Source: Candidatus Bathyarchaeota archaeon
GTDB taxonomy: Archaea; Thermoproteota; Bathyarchaeia; 40CM-2-53-6
Assembly: GCA_963726255.1 (NCBI GenBank)
Contig: CAVSBL010000002.1
Span: 1,696,001 to 1,760,000 of the forward strand
Direction: 5' to 3'
DNA length: 64,000 nt
Shown here: positions 29,647 to 39,867 of the stretch, piece by piece
Layout: each line of letters begins with the position of its first letter
Numbering within the stretch: the stretch's first letter is position 1
Position numbers and translations under genes: made by a program
Notes under the pieces: model-generated
Seen by the model: only the letters and a program-made list of their open reading frames with translations
What the model was told of the DNA's origin: nothing
Databases searched by the model: none

Positions 29647-30690
29647 TTGGTCCTAAGCCTCTACAAAACGGTGGTCAAACCGGTCCTATTTCTAACACCC
29701 CCTGAAACGGCCCACGGTATTGCGAAATGGTTTTTCAAACGGCCGCTGATCTGGAAAATCTTGAGTTGGCGCATGCGTGTTCGGGACGACCAGTTAAGAG
29801 TGAATGTTGGGAACCTCGCATTACCTAACCCAGTGGGGCTCGCTGCGGGTTTCGATAAGAACTGCGAGATGTTCGAGGCGCTCTTTCACATAGGGTTTGG
29901 GTACCTTACATTGGGCACGGTTACCCTGAAACCTCGGGAGGGTAACCCGAAGCCTAGAATGTGGCGATATCCGGAGAGATCGCTCGTCAACTCAATGGGA
30001 TTACCCAACGAAGGCGTGCATGAGATTGCGGCCAAACTTTCAAAACGCAATCCCGACCTAGGGCCGAGCATTGTTAGCATATCCGGGTTGAGCATTGACG
30101 AGTTTGTTGAATGCTACCGTGAAATTGAACCTTTGGCAGACGGAATCGAGTTGAACATTAGCACTCCGAACACGGTTGGCGTAAGAATCTTCCAGGAACC
30201 TGATGTATTCACGAAACTGCTAAGCGCGATTAGTACGGTAAAGAGTAGCAAGAAACCGGTTTGGGTGAAAATTCCACCCTACTTTGACAATAAACAACGG
30301 GAAAACGTCCACAACCTGATTGACGTGTGTGTGAAGGCTTCTATCGACGGTATCACCGCAACTAACACGAAGCTTATCGATGAACCTCGGGCCAGCATTA
30401 GGACGGGGGGCCTCAGCGGTCCATTAATTCTCGAAGATATGCTCAGAATAGTTGCAGACGTTTACAAGCACACAGGTGGAAAGGTACCCATCAACGCCTG
30501 CGGTGGCATATCATCAGGCCTTGACGCCTGGCGTGCGTTGGAGGCCGGTGCATCTTCAGTCCAACTCCTCACTGGGCTAATCTATGAGGGCCCCGGCGTC
30601 GTCTCAAGGATTAATCGAGACATACTTCGAATGCTTGAGAGCTCGAAGCTGAGCTCGCTCAGTGAAGTAACAGGATCAGGTTTACGCTGA
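29647..30690 (+). CDS. pyrD: Dihydroorotate dehydrogenase, class 2 (quinone-type)
   Basis: PPETAH N-terminal extension, NPVGLAAGFDKN, GNPKPR, NSMGLPN, NISTPNT, GGLSG. Confidence 0.92.
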   Translation: MVLSLYKTVVKPVLFLTPPETAHGIAKWFFKRPLIWKILSWRMRVRDDQLRVNVGNLALPNPVGLAAGFDKNCEMFEALFHIGFGYLTLGTVTLKPREGNPKPRMWRYPERSLVNSMGLPNEGVHEIAAKLSKRNPDLGPSIVSISGLSIDEFVECYREIEPLADGIELNISTPNTVGVRIFQEPDVFTKLLSAISTVKSSKKPVWVKIPPYFDNKQRENVHNLIDVCVKASIDGITATNTKLIDEPRASIRTGGLSGPLILEDMLRIVADVYKHTGGKVPINACGGISSGLDAWRALEAGASSVQLLTGLIYEGPGVVSRINRDILRMLESSKLSSLSEVTGSGLR

Positions 30691-30756
30691 AACTCAAAGA
30701 CAGAAACCATTCGAAGCCTTACTTAATACGGCGGGCCCCCGCTCTCATGACCACCC

Positions 30757-31353
30757 TTGCCGCCCATTGCCCGGTCACGAAGCCCAGAATGGTACTCGGA
30801 AGACTTCATGAAGCAATTGCACCTCGATGATGAAGTAGAGCAGAGATGCGAATGGTCCTGCCTCCTCTGGTCCAAGGACCACTGGGCTGCCGAAGCCCAG
30901 AAGGCTCAGATAATGCTGCAACAATCCAAAGACCGCCTCACAAAGTCTTCAGGGACTGAGGATACCCTGAATTCGCTTTTCTTGGATTCTCAGTTCGCCA
31001 ACACCATAGCGCAGGTCTACGCGAAACTATTTGGCACTGGGCAGTCCTGCGGCGTGAAGATCTTTGCCAATTGTCCTTTCATGAGACAACGCCAAGACTT
31101 GCTCAAGAGAGGCGCCTTGGCCGGGGTTTTTGCTACGATACTTCACAAGGCCGCATCATACGCGATGCTTGATCGGCATCCACTCGATAGCGGCCTCATA
31201 CATGAAGAGTATAGAGACGTTTACGGAATCGACCTAACAAACTTCATGGACTTGGAGAACTCCCTAAACGACGGCAGGTTCGGAAAATTGTATGAGAACG
31301 TGGTGAAGAAAGCTAGAGAGCTGGCGGGAATGGCGCAAGAGCCTGCTCTTTGA
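30757..31353 (+). CDS. Hypothetical protein
   Basis: 198-aa ORF filling the gap, TATA-like CTTAATA upstream, scattered Cys; no family recognised. Confidence 0.6.
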   Translation: MPPIARSRSPEWYSEDFMKQLHLDDEVEQRCEWSCLLWSKDHWAAEAQKAQIMLQQSKDRLTKSSGTEDTLNSLFLDSQFANTIAQVYAKLFGTGQSCGVKIFANCPFMRQRQDLLKRGALAGVFATILHKAASYAMLDRHPLDSGLIHEEYRDVYGIDLTNFMDLENSLNDGRFGKLYENVVKKARELAGMAQEPAL

Positions 31354-31544
31354 TAGTCGCGGCGAACTTATTCTCTAACTCTCCGACACCAACGACACCC
31401 GAGTCAACTCATATGTTGATACTCGTCGCGCGCGAGAATATGCGTTCGAACTTCATAGATGCCAAGTGAACGGCTCGTCTCAAGGGTTCGGCGTCAGGTT
31501 AATACAATAAGAATACTTGGCTTGCTCAAGGTGAGTTATGTTCT

Positions 31545-32015
31545 TTGGCCCAAGGACCGATAGCGGCTGTGGTTATGCAACTGAGTTTGAAATATGTGAA
31601 GGCAAGTCTACTCTACCTGATCGCCGGCGGAACACTACTTGTCCTGACATTCGCTCACATGTTGCCGTTTGATATGACGGCTTTCTATTTCATGCAACTA
31701 TACGGCTTTGTTGCAATGATGATTTTCGGGCTATCGTACCTCTTCGCTCCCTCATTTGCCCATTCCTTCCTGCACAGCTTGCGCATGGCAAAAGCACAAT
31801 TCTGGCTGATGAACCTCGGCATCATCACGATGACCGTTTCATTTTCGGGTTTGATCCCATTCAACCTCAACATAAGATACCTCGTGGTCGGCTCCCTAAT
31901 CGTTCTGGTTCTCGCTTTGTACCTACACGCATACAACCTGTGGCAGACAATGCGAGCCTGGAAAGGCTCGCCCGGTGAAAAACTCGCCCGGGATGTTACC
32001 GCATCGAAACAATAG
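31545..32015 (+). CDS. 4-TM membrane protein resembling heme-copper-oxidase-subunit-I-like/NnrS fragments
   Basis: YVKASLLY, LYGFVAMMIFG.SY...P, QFWLMNLG; RBS AGGTGA. Confidence 0.6.
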   Translation: MAQGPIAAVVMQLSLKYVKASLLYLIAGGTLLVLTFAHMLPFDMTAFYFMQLYGFVAMMIFGLSYLFAPSFAHSFLHSLRMAKAQFWLMNLGIITMTVSFSGLIPFNLNIRYLVVGSLIVLVLALYLHAYNLWQTMRAWKGSPGEKLARDVTASKQ

Positions 32016-32039
32016 CCAAGAAGTAAAGCGGACGAAGGA

Positions 32040-32264
32040 ATGGCAAATCAGTTTGGATGGCCGCTAGACAAATCCTTCATAATTCTTCTTGCAGGTCTCG
32101 CCTCAATTGCATCGTCATTATTCGCAATTCTCTATTTTTCGCCATTGTCCCAGGTCAGCGAGCCAGTGGGCTTGGCGCTATTCATGATAGCTACCTGCCT
32201 GCTAGTCGCGGGGGTACATGCTGGGAATTATAGTCCTCGCCTTCGGGGTTTTCGCTTTGACTGA
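32040..32264 (+). CDS. Small 2-TM membrane protein
   Basis: ATG with GAAGGA upstream; two hydrophobic stretches. Confidence 0.5.
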   Translation: MANQFGWPLDKSFIILLAGLASIASSLFAILYFSPLSQVSEPVGLALFMIATCLLVAGVHAGNYSPRLRGFRFD

Positions 32265-32401
32265 ATATTGGCAAAGAAACAGAAAATAACCTAAGAGCCA
32301 ACCAAGGAGCTTCTGTTAGTCTGTCTTTGAACAGAAGAAAGAAGAAGTGTTCAAATACCGTAGCTTGTTGTAGCGAGGAACAATCTCAGGCCGTGTAAAG
32401 G

Positions 32402-33616
32402 ATGGCTGACGGCTGGTCCCCGCCCAAGAATGCGAAGATTTGGGGCCACTTATTCAACGAAGTGGTCCGCGCAAAGCACTGTATGATGTGCGGCGCCTGC
32501 GTCGCCTCCTGCCCGATCAATGTGCTGAACGTGAATGTGAACGAGGAACCAGTCATCAAAGGGCCTTGTGCTGCTTGCCAAGTCTGCTACTATAGTTGCC
32601 CCAGGCTGGAGTTCCCGTTAGACGAAATCGAGTACTACCTGTTCGGCAGAACCCGGAAGCCCGAAGAAGAGTCACTAGGTATTTACAGGAACATTTACTC
32701 AGCAAGGGCTTTGGACGAGGAGATATGGCATGCAGGCCAAGATGGCGGCACCGTCATAGCACTCATGACCCATGCCCTTCAAATTGGGTTGATTAACTGC
32801 TTTGCAACATCGGACTTTACTAAATCCAACTCAGTCTTCGTTCTTGGTAACGGAATGGCACTCAAGACCGTGCCGGTTGTTGGTGATACTGCAGCCGACC
32901 TAATCCGCACGGCTGGGTCGAAATACACTCACGGCGGAGTGTTAGGAGTTTTGTCAGATGCAGCCGCGTCATACCCCGACGGACGAGTTGGCCTAGTCGG
33001 ACTCCCTTGCGAACTACAAGGGCTTTGGCGAATGTACACATCATTACAGGCTACGGTGAAATTTGGCGGCTCTTGGATCAGAGGTGGACGCCCAGTTCTA
33101 ACAATTGGGCTATTCTGCTCGAAAGTGTACACGCATGATCAACTTGTCACCGAATTCATCCAGAACAAACACGGGATAGACCCTGCGAAAATTACGAGGA
33201 CAGTCGTGAAAAGGAACCGGTTCAAAGTCTACGTTGGAGCAGACTGCGTCCTCGACGTTCAAATCAAAGAACTTGAATCATACATGAGCCAACCGTGCCA
33301 TTATTGCATCGACTACGTAGCGGAACTCGCTGACATTTCAGTGGGGGCGGTTGGTTCACCTGATGGATGGACTACAGTTATCGTACGTTCGGAACTGGGT
33401 CAGAAATTATTCGACAGCGCCATCAAGGCCAGGGTCATCGAAGCTACCCCGGTAGAAACCGCTAAACCTACTGGGCTGCCGTTCGTAGTTAAACTCTCCA
33501 ACAAGAAGAAACGGGAACGTAACGCCTACTACCTGAGGCGTGGGTTACGTGAAGGATTCCTGGAACAGCGGAAACATGAACTGCTTCAGATCGCTCCAGC
33601 GCCGGAAGCCCAATGA
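32402..33616 (+). CDS. Coenzyme F420 hydrogenase/dehydrogenase beta-subunit family (FrhB/FpoF-like) with 2x[4Fe-4S] N-terminus
   Basis: CMMCGACVASCP and CAACQVCYYSCP; GQDGG, AGSKY, VGLPC, IGLFC, CHYCID...ADISVG, GW. Confidence 0.9.
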   Translation: MADGWSPPKNAKIWGHLFNEVVRAKHCMMCGACVASCPINVLNVNVNEEPVIKGPCAACQVCYYSCPRLEFPLDEIEYYLFGRTRKPEEESLGIYRNIYSARALDEEIWHAGQDGGTVIALMTHALQIGLINCFATSDFTKSNSVFVLGNGMALKTVPVVGDTAADLIRTAGSKYTHGGVLGVLSDAAASYPDGRVGLVGLPCELQGLWRMYTSLQATVKFGGSWIRGGRPVLTIGLFCSKVYTHDQLVTEFIQNKHGIDPAKITRTVVKRNRFKVYVGADCVLDVQIKELESYMSQPCHYCIDYVAELADISVGAVGSPDGWTTVIVRSELGQKLFDSAIKARVIEATPVETAKPTGLPFVVKLSNKKKRERNAYYLRRGLREGFLEQRKHELLQIAPAPEAQ

Positions 33617-33668
33617 TTCGCCCCTAGGCTACGATGAGTTCTTTGCCCTTACGCCCGTAACCCAAGAC

Positions 33669-35126
33669 CTACGACGCGTTTACGGTCACGCTCTTTATTC
33701 GCGTGTAGTGGCTGATTGCTTGTAGGCCGCTTTCGTACCCTATTCCGCTATCCTTGTAACCGCCAAACGGGGTCTGGGGGTACGCGACTAAGTAATCGTT
33801 TACTGCTACCACGCCCGTTTGAAGTTGGTTAACCAGCCGTTGGGCGAGTTTCAAGTTATTCGTCCACACGCCCGCGTACAGGCCGAACTGAGTATCGTTC
33901 GCCATCCGAACAACTTCCTCAACCGACTTGAATTTGAACACGGTTAGTACGGGGCCGAATATTTCTTCGCATCCAATCTTCATGTCGGCGTTGACGTCTG
34001 TGAAGATGGTTGGTTTGAGGAAGTAGCCGCTTCGAAGTGCTGATTCTTCTGGGACGGTACCTCCAGTTACTAAGCGGGCCCCCTCCTCTCGCCCAGACTT
34101 GATGTAGGTTAGTACTCGTTCTTGTTGGTCTTTGGAAACTAATGGGCCCAGCTCGGTTTTCTCGTCAAGTCCAGGCCCAATCTTCATGAGCTCCGTTTGC
34201 TTCCTTAGTTCGGCGAGGAATTTTTCGTATATCTCATCCTGAAGGAAAAGGCGAGATCCGGCCCAGCACATTTGTCCTGCGTTTGTGAAAATCGCGTACT
34301 TTGCCATTTGCACGGCCCTCTCGAAGTCCGCGTCATGGAAAACTATGTTCGGGTTCTTACCGCCTAACTCCAATAGCACCGGGGTCACATTTTTCGCAGC
34401 GGTTTCCATGATCTGGCGGCCTGTTTCTGTTGAGCCGGTGAATGTAATGCCGTCTATTCTTGGGTTGGAAACCAACTCCCTTCCGGCTACAGATCCCGAG
34501 CCGGTTATGACGTTCAGAACGCCGTCAGGAAAACCTGATTTCTCTGCGTATTCGGCAATTTTAAGCAGAGTCAATGGCGTTAGTTCCGCAGGTTTTGCCA
34601 CAATCGTATTTCCTGCGGCGAGCGCTGGAGCAATACTCCTTGCGGCCAATGCTAGCGGATAATTCCAGGGTATGATATGCGCTGTCACGCCGAGCGGCTC
34701 TCGGAGCGTGTAGGTTAACCTATTCGGCGTAACGGGAATCGTCTCGCCTTCAATTTTGTCCGCAGCCCCAGCCCAGTACTCGAAGGCCCGGACCGTCCAA
34801 GCTACATCACCCTTCGATTCTCGAATAGGTTTTCCTTGATTGAGGGTCTCAAGTTTGGAGAATTCGTCAAAATTCTGACGCATTAATGCGGCTACTTGCA
34901 TCAGTAGCTTGCCGCGTTTCGTTTGTTCCATGTCCCGCCAGCTAGCGGCCTCGAACGCTTTGCGCGCCGCCTCTACGGCTTCGCGGACATCGTCCTTCGT
35001 AGCTTTCGGCACGTGGCCTATCGCATCCCCCGTCGCAGGGTTTCTTAGCTCAAACGTTTCCGCCGAGTTACCCGCGGTCCATTTTCCGTCCACAAAGAAT
35101 TTTGAAGGTTCAACTTGAATGGTCAA
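33669..35126 (-). CDS. NAD(P)-dependent aldehyde dehydrogenase
   Basis: PWNYP, FTGSTETG, LELGGKNP, GQMC, EEIFGP, PFGGYK.SG. Confidence 0.96.
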   Translation of the reverse strand: MTIQVEPSKFFVDGKWTAGNSAETFELRNPATGDAIGHVPKATKDDVREAVEAARKAFEAASWRDMEQTKRGKLLMQVAALMRQNFDEFSKLETLNQGKPIRESKGDVAWTVRAFEYWAGAADKIEGETIPVTPNRLTYTLREPLGVTAHIIPWNYPLALAARSIAPALAAGNTIVAKPAELTPLTLLKIAEYAEKSGFPDGVLNVITGSGSVAGRELVSNPRIDGITFTGSTETGRQIMETAAKNVTPVLLELGGKNPNIVFHDADFERAVQMAKYAIFTNAGQMCWAGSRLFLQDEIYEKFLAELRKQTELMKIGPGLDEKTELGPLVSKDQQERVLTYIKSGREEGARLVTGGTVPEESALRSGYFLKPTIFTDVNADMKIGCEEIFGPVLTVFKFKSVEEVVRMANDTQFGLYAGVWTNNLKLAQRLVNQLQTGVVAVNDYLVAYPQTPFGGYKDSGIGYESGLQAISHYTRIKSVTVNAS

Positions 35127-35204
35127 TTGCTATACAGACCTGTTACTGCGTGGTCCTGGACCGTAGATAATGCATATGATGTTTGTTAAGAGCCCAAGGA
35201 TTCG

Positions 35205-35876
35205 TTATGCTAGCTTGGAGTTTGCTTGTGCCACCAACTCGGCTAGACTGACCTCTTTGCATAGCTCTGGCGGTAGACCACAAACGCATAACAGCGCCGA
35301 AATTATGTTCGCTTCATCATCTATCGTTTTTCTTATTTCCGATTCAATCTTCTTCAGTTCAGTTTCTGTTTGCCTAAACGTATGGCCTATGAAGATCTTA
35401 GGTGTGAACCCCGGACCGACCTGCATAAACCTGCCCCCAATCAGCAAGAATGGAATTTCCTTGTCTGAGTTGAATTTGCGCACCAGTTTCTCCTCAGTCT
35501 TCAGCAGTTTTTGAAGCGGTTTGAACTCTCTATCCTTGGTCTCGCGGGAGGCGAATTCGATGTGTGGGCTGTTGTACGAGGCTTTCGTGAAATCATAGGT
35601 TGGTAGGTTGAGAAACGGTTCGTCCCTAGCGGCGCTCATTGTCTGTTTGAGCCCGTCCCACTGCCCGAATTTCTGGAGCGCCCTAACTATAGCCCAGCGC
35701 TCAGCGGCACAGTATGGGCAGTATTCGGCGCCCATGAAGAAGACATAGATTTTCCCGCCCCGCCTCATAGTGTCCTTGGAGGCTTCGACAAATTTTCCTA
35801 GAACCTTGACTTGCCTGCTCATTGCTTGCTTGTTCATGGCTCGGCCGCGCCTCCACGGCATATGAATGGTCATCAT
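35205..35876 (-). CDS. DUF929-like thioredoxin-fold protein
   Basis: GAEYCPYCAAERW...AL..FG, IPF, ANII.A.LC. Confidence 0.75.
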   Translation of the reverse strand: MMTIHMPWRRGRAMNKQAMSRQVKVLGKFVEASKDTMRRGGKIYVFFMGAEYCPYCAAERWAIVRALQKFGQWDGLKQTMSAARDEPFLNLPTYDFTKASYNSPHIEFASRETKDREFKPLQKLLKTEEKLVRKFNSDKEIPFLLIGGRFMQVGPGFTPKIFIGHTFRQTETELKKIESEIRKTIDDEANIISALLCVCGLPPELCKEVSLAELVAQANSKLA

Positions 35877-36271
35877 TTATTCCTACCTGTACCTTTCTAC
35901 AAAAACTAGCTAACTCTTTCTCTCTCTATACTTTCAGATAGCTAAAACGCGCTGGAGTAGCGGTTCATCACCCACAAAAGTGTCAAAACCGTTCCCGAAC
36001 CCGGTTGGTTGTATTGAACGGCCCGAAACTCACTCATGTCAAAATCGGATCCGTAGCACAAACTCGTTCGGCCCAGATTCAATGCTAACCTAACGAAGAT
36101 ACACACATACCGTTACTTTGAGCGTAGTCAAGGGTTATGCAATACCAATACTGCAGTCAGTTCAAGTCAGTGCGGGCAAAACAACTTCAGTCACTTACAG
36201 ATACGTCAGGACATAACCTCGTCCCTAAATTTTGATGTTCCAACCTATCCTCCCGAAAAGGAGCAGGGGAG

Positions 36272-37621
36272 CTACTTGAGTTGTGTTGCTACCTCTTTTA
36301 CTACGCCCTCGAATATTTCTAGGCCGGCGTCGATTATTTCATGTGTTATGATTAGCGGCGGGGCAAAACGCATCGTCGACTTGCCCGCGGTTATGATTGC
36401 TAGGCCGCGTTTGAAGCATTTGTTCATGATATCAAGAAGTTCTTGAGCGGCAGGTTCCTTCGTTTCCCGGTCCTTGACGAACTCTACGCCGACCATCAGC
36501 CCCTTGCCCCGAACGTCACCTATGACCTCATACTTCTGTTGCATCTCTTTCAGGCGTTTCATCAGGTAGGTTCCTTGGCGGGTTGCATTTTCCAGCAGTT
36601 TCTCTTCTTTTATGATCTCGATTACCTGCAGCCCAGCCGCGCAGGCTATGGGGTTACCCCCGAACGTGTTCGCGTGTGAACCCCCCTCCCAGTCCATTAT
36701 TTCCTCCTTGGCAATTGTTGCGCCGATTGGGAGGCCTGATCCGACCGCTTTAGCTGCACTCACTATGTCTGGCGTGACACCCCAATGTTCGATAGCGAAC
36801 CATTTGCCTGTCCGCCCCATACCTGACTGGATTTCATCATCCACTAGCAGAATATCGTATTTGTCAAGAATTTTTTTGAGGCGTTGGAAGTAGTCGTCGG
36901 GTGGGACCACGTACCCTCCTTCACCTTGGATGGCCTCAACGAACATGGCAGCCGTGTCTTCGGGAGGATGAAACTTCTTGAGGACCTCCTCTTCGATGAA
37001 GTCTACGCACCACATGTTACATTCAGGATAAGTGAGGCCGAAGGGACAGCGGTAGCAATACGGGTAGGGAACATGGGTAACTTCCTGCCCTAATGGGAAG
37101 AAGTGCCGCCTCTGCACCGGCTTACTTGCAGTGAGGCTCATTGTTGCGAAAGAACGGCCATGGAATGAACCCGTGTACGCTAAGAAGAGCGGTTTCCGGG
37201 TGTGCCACCTTGTCATTTTCATCGCGGCCTCGTTCGCTTCCGCGCCGCTATTCGAAAAGAAGACCTTCTTAGGGAATGTTCCAGGTGTAATCTTGGTAAG
37301 TTGTTCAGCCAGGTCAACGATTGGCTTGTAGTAGAAATCGGTCCACGAATAGTGAATCAGCTTCTCAGCTTGATCCTTAATCGCTTTAACAACTCGCGGA
37401 TGGCAATGGCCGACGTTGAGGACCACCAAACCCGAATTGAAGTCAACATACTCATTCCCGTCCACATCCTTAACGAAACAGCCAGATCCGGATTCTGCGA
37501 CTAGCGGGTACCATCTAACAACCGAATGCGATAGAATATGCGCGTCCTTCTCGAGAAGTTCACGTGCCTTCGGCCCAGGGGGTGTGACTACGATTCTCGG
37601 TTTTTCAAGCTTCGCTACCAA
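36272..37621 (-). CDS. Class III PLP aminotransferase (acetylornithine/4-aminobutyrate family); TTG 37621
   Basis: PPGPKA, NSGAEANEAA, SFHGRS, EAIQGEGG, DEIQSGMGRTG, AKA, TFGGNP. Confidence 0.93.
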   Translation of the reverse strand: MVAKLEKPRIVVTPPGPKARELLEKDAHILSHSVVRWYPLVAESGSGCFVKDVDGNEYVDFNSGLVVLNVGHCHPRVVKAIKDQAEKLIHYSWTDFYYKPIVDLAEQLTKITPGTFPKKVFFSNSGAEANEAAMKMTRWHTRKPLFLAYTGSFHGRSFATMSLTASKPVQRRHFFPLGQEVTHVPYPYCYRCPFGLTYPECNMWCVDFIEEEVLKKFHPPEDTAAMFVEAIQGEGGYVVPPDDYFQRLKKILDKYDILLVDDEIQSGMGRTGKWFAIEHWGVTPDIVSAAKAVGSGLPIGATIAKEEIMDWEGGSHANTFGGNPIACAAGLQVIEIIKEEKLLENATRQGTYLMKRLKEMQQKYEVIGDVRGKGLMVGVEFVKDRETKEPAAQELLDIMNKCFKRGLAIITAGKSTMRFAPPLIITHEIIDAGLEIFEGVVKEVATQLK

Positions 37622-37719
37622 GGTTGATGCCTCGAACTTGACGACGCCTTGCCCCAGAATTGTAAAAGTCTTCCGCCCATGTGTCGCAAGTGCAACCCAC
37701 ACAACGCACCTTCGGAGTA

Positions 37720-38421
37720 CTATGCCTGAAGTGTGACCTCAGAACTCTCAGACATCTTGAGTTCATGCCATCTTCGGTCAAACCGTACTTTTCTCATAGA
37801 TCTGATTCGCATGAAGTCACGTGTTTCCCTGGCGACTTCTTCGACCTTAAAGTCGATGATCCCGTCAACCGCTGCTTCGAGTTGCTTGTACGCCCAGTTA
37901 CTATGAATTCCTGCCATGAAGCCAATTAGTTGGGTTATTTGCCTCGCTTTGCTCATGGGAATTGGCCTGGTTAGGTACAATTCGACCCAGTTCCTTTCAT
38001 CGTTGAACCTATCAAGAACTGAACTGTTATCGGCTATTACGAGGAATTCGGGAGCGGCTGATTCAACCATCGCTTCTCTTGCTATCCAAAGGCTCAGGTC
38101 GGCGACCCTTAACGATTCGAGGGCGAACCTTTCCTTGGATTTCTGTCCCACCGATGCTGCGTAGAAGTCAGTAATCCATAACCGGTCTTTCTGTTCTAGA
38201 TCATCAACAGCAAGCCCGAGTTGCCGGAGTTGAGAACGCACATCTTCCGGTGGCTGGGATTGGGCAATGTAACTAACACTACCACCGGTCCTCAACCATC
38301 CTGCCGCAATTGTGAGGGATGCGTTGTACCATTGTGATGCGGGGTCGAATTCGACGATGATGTTGGTTCCCGGGGGGATGGGTGCTCGTGTCAAATCTTC
38401 AACTAATTCAAGCCGCGGCAA
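37720..38421 (-). CDS. RAD55/KaiC-like protein with a degenerate P-loop
   Basis: IPPGTNIIVEFDPAS replaces GxxGxGKT; VDGIIDF..E......MRIRSMR C-terminal KaiC motif. Confidence 0.75.
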   Translation of the reverse strand: MPRLELVEDLTRAPIPPGTNIIVEFDPASQWYNASLTIAAGWLRTGGSVSYIAQSQPPEDVRSQLRQLGLAVDDLEQKDRLWITDFYAASVGQKSKERFALESLRVADLSLWIAREAMVESAAPEFLVIADNSSVLDRFNDERNWVELYLTRPIPMSKARQITQLIGFMAGIHSNWAYKQLEAAVDGIIDFKVEEVARETRDFMRIRSMRKVRFDRRWHELKMSESSEVTLQA

Positions 38422-38454
38422 CTCAAGTGCCTGCTAGAGTGACTATGCGCTTGA

Positions 38455-39363
38455 TCAGATCATTTTGCGGATTTGTTCGAGGTTTTTCAGGAAGCCTTCC
38501 TCAGTTTGGCTGTCAGCTGAGAACGTTGGGTCAATTATCAATTCGTCGGGTTTAGCGTCCTTTACTGCTCGAATGTCTTCCTTGATCTGGTCTAGGCTGC
38601 CGGAAAAGAAGCTTCGTTCTTTCCCAATGGGTTCGGGTCTAACGTCAATGTTGTATCGAGCCAATATTTTGAAGTGGGCTGGGTCGCGGCCAGCGCTCTT
38701 AACCATGTCCTTGACCTGGGCTGACATCGACTTCAACTGGTCAAGCGGAACTCCAACGGGCATCCACCCGTCGGCGAAGGTTGCTGCACGTTTCATAGCC
38801 AAAGGGGCGAACGCCGCCATGTAAATGGGGGGATGTGGCTTTTGCACCGGCTTGGGTTGGATTATGGATTTGGGAAGCTGGAAGTATTTTCCATAAAATT
38901 CAGCTGGATCCGTTGTCCAAATAGCCTTAAGGACTTTCAAGAATTCGTCTGCGCGTTTCCCCCGCCCTTTCAGCGATGAGCCTATCGCATCATATTCGTC
39001 CTTCGACCAACCGAGGCCGAACCCGACCTTCAGCCTCCCATTCGAGACTTGGTCCAGTGTGGTTAACCGTCGGGCGAGTAAAACTGGATTATAGAATGGA
39101 ATGTCGAGAACGCTCGTGCCTAAGGAGACTCGGTTTGTGTGCGCGGCAGCAAAGGTCAAAGTTTCAATTGGGTCGAAGATTCGTTTGTAGACTTCAGGAA
39201 TCGGCCCCCCGTAGTACGATGTCTGAGGGTTCACAGGCCATAGGAGACGTTCGGTTACCCAGAGCCCATCGTAACCCAATTCCTCTGCACGCTTCGCGAC
39301 TTTGACAATTGTGCGCGGGTCTGCAACAGGCCCAATTTGAGGAAGAAAGAACCCTGTTCTCAT
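38455..39363 (-). CDS. LLM-class (probably F420-dependent) oxidoreductase
   Basis: AEELGYD.LWV.ER, DP..TL..AAA.T.RV.LGTSV, GRL..G.GLGW..DEY, PKPVQ.PHPPI. Confidence 0.9.
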   Translation of the reverse strand: MRTGFFLPQIGPVADPRTIVKVAKRAEELGYDGLWVTERLLWPVNPQTSYYGGPIPEVYKRIFDPIETLTFAAAHTNRVSLGTSVLDIPFYNPVLLARRLTTLDQVSNGRLKVGFGLGWSKDEYDAIGSSLKGRGKRADEFLKVLKAIWTTDPAEFYGKYFQLPKSIIQPKPVQKPHPPIYMAAFAPLAMKRAATFADGWMPVGVPLDQLKSMSAQVKDMVKSAGRDPAHFKILARYNIDVRPEPIGKERSFFSGSLDQIKEDIRAVKDAKPDELIIDPTFSADSQTEEGFLKNLEQIRKMI

Positions 39364-39867
39364 TTGCATTCGTCCCACGCAGAACTCTCAGCCAATCTAT
39401 AAATCGATTGCAACGAAGAGAACCTATGATTCTTGCAACAGGTCGGCTCGTCAGCCATACGGACCCAGCAGGGCTCCAGGTTGTCGGGGTCTTGGAAAAT
39501 AAGGGCGGGTAGGAGCACCAGTGTCATTGTTCAGCTTCTATGGTCGGTAGACGGCCACTGGGGGATGCTCGAACCCGAAAAGGTAGTCCGCCACATGGCA
39601 GTATTCCCTGCCTCCGATATTGCATTCCACTTCAATTCACCTCCTCAAATCAATTACATCATGATTCGGAGCACCGCACACTTGACCATGAGTGGAACGA
39701 ATCTACCGTAGGTGTTGATGTTCCACCTGGTAGAAACCTAGTTCTTTCATCGACGACTGAACCATCCGCGGATTATTTACCCGCTTAAACGAACATTGTG
39801 CTGAACGATTCATCCACAACTGCTTTTATTCCGTAAGGCTTGTCTTCGCGTTTGAGAGGTGTTTGAT

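Noticed and set aside
22940-32340. Other TTCTGTT matches (about 22950 and 32311) as further element ends
   Set aside because: No terminal GG, no inner box and no partner end with an 8-bp duplication found
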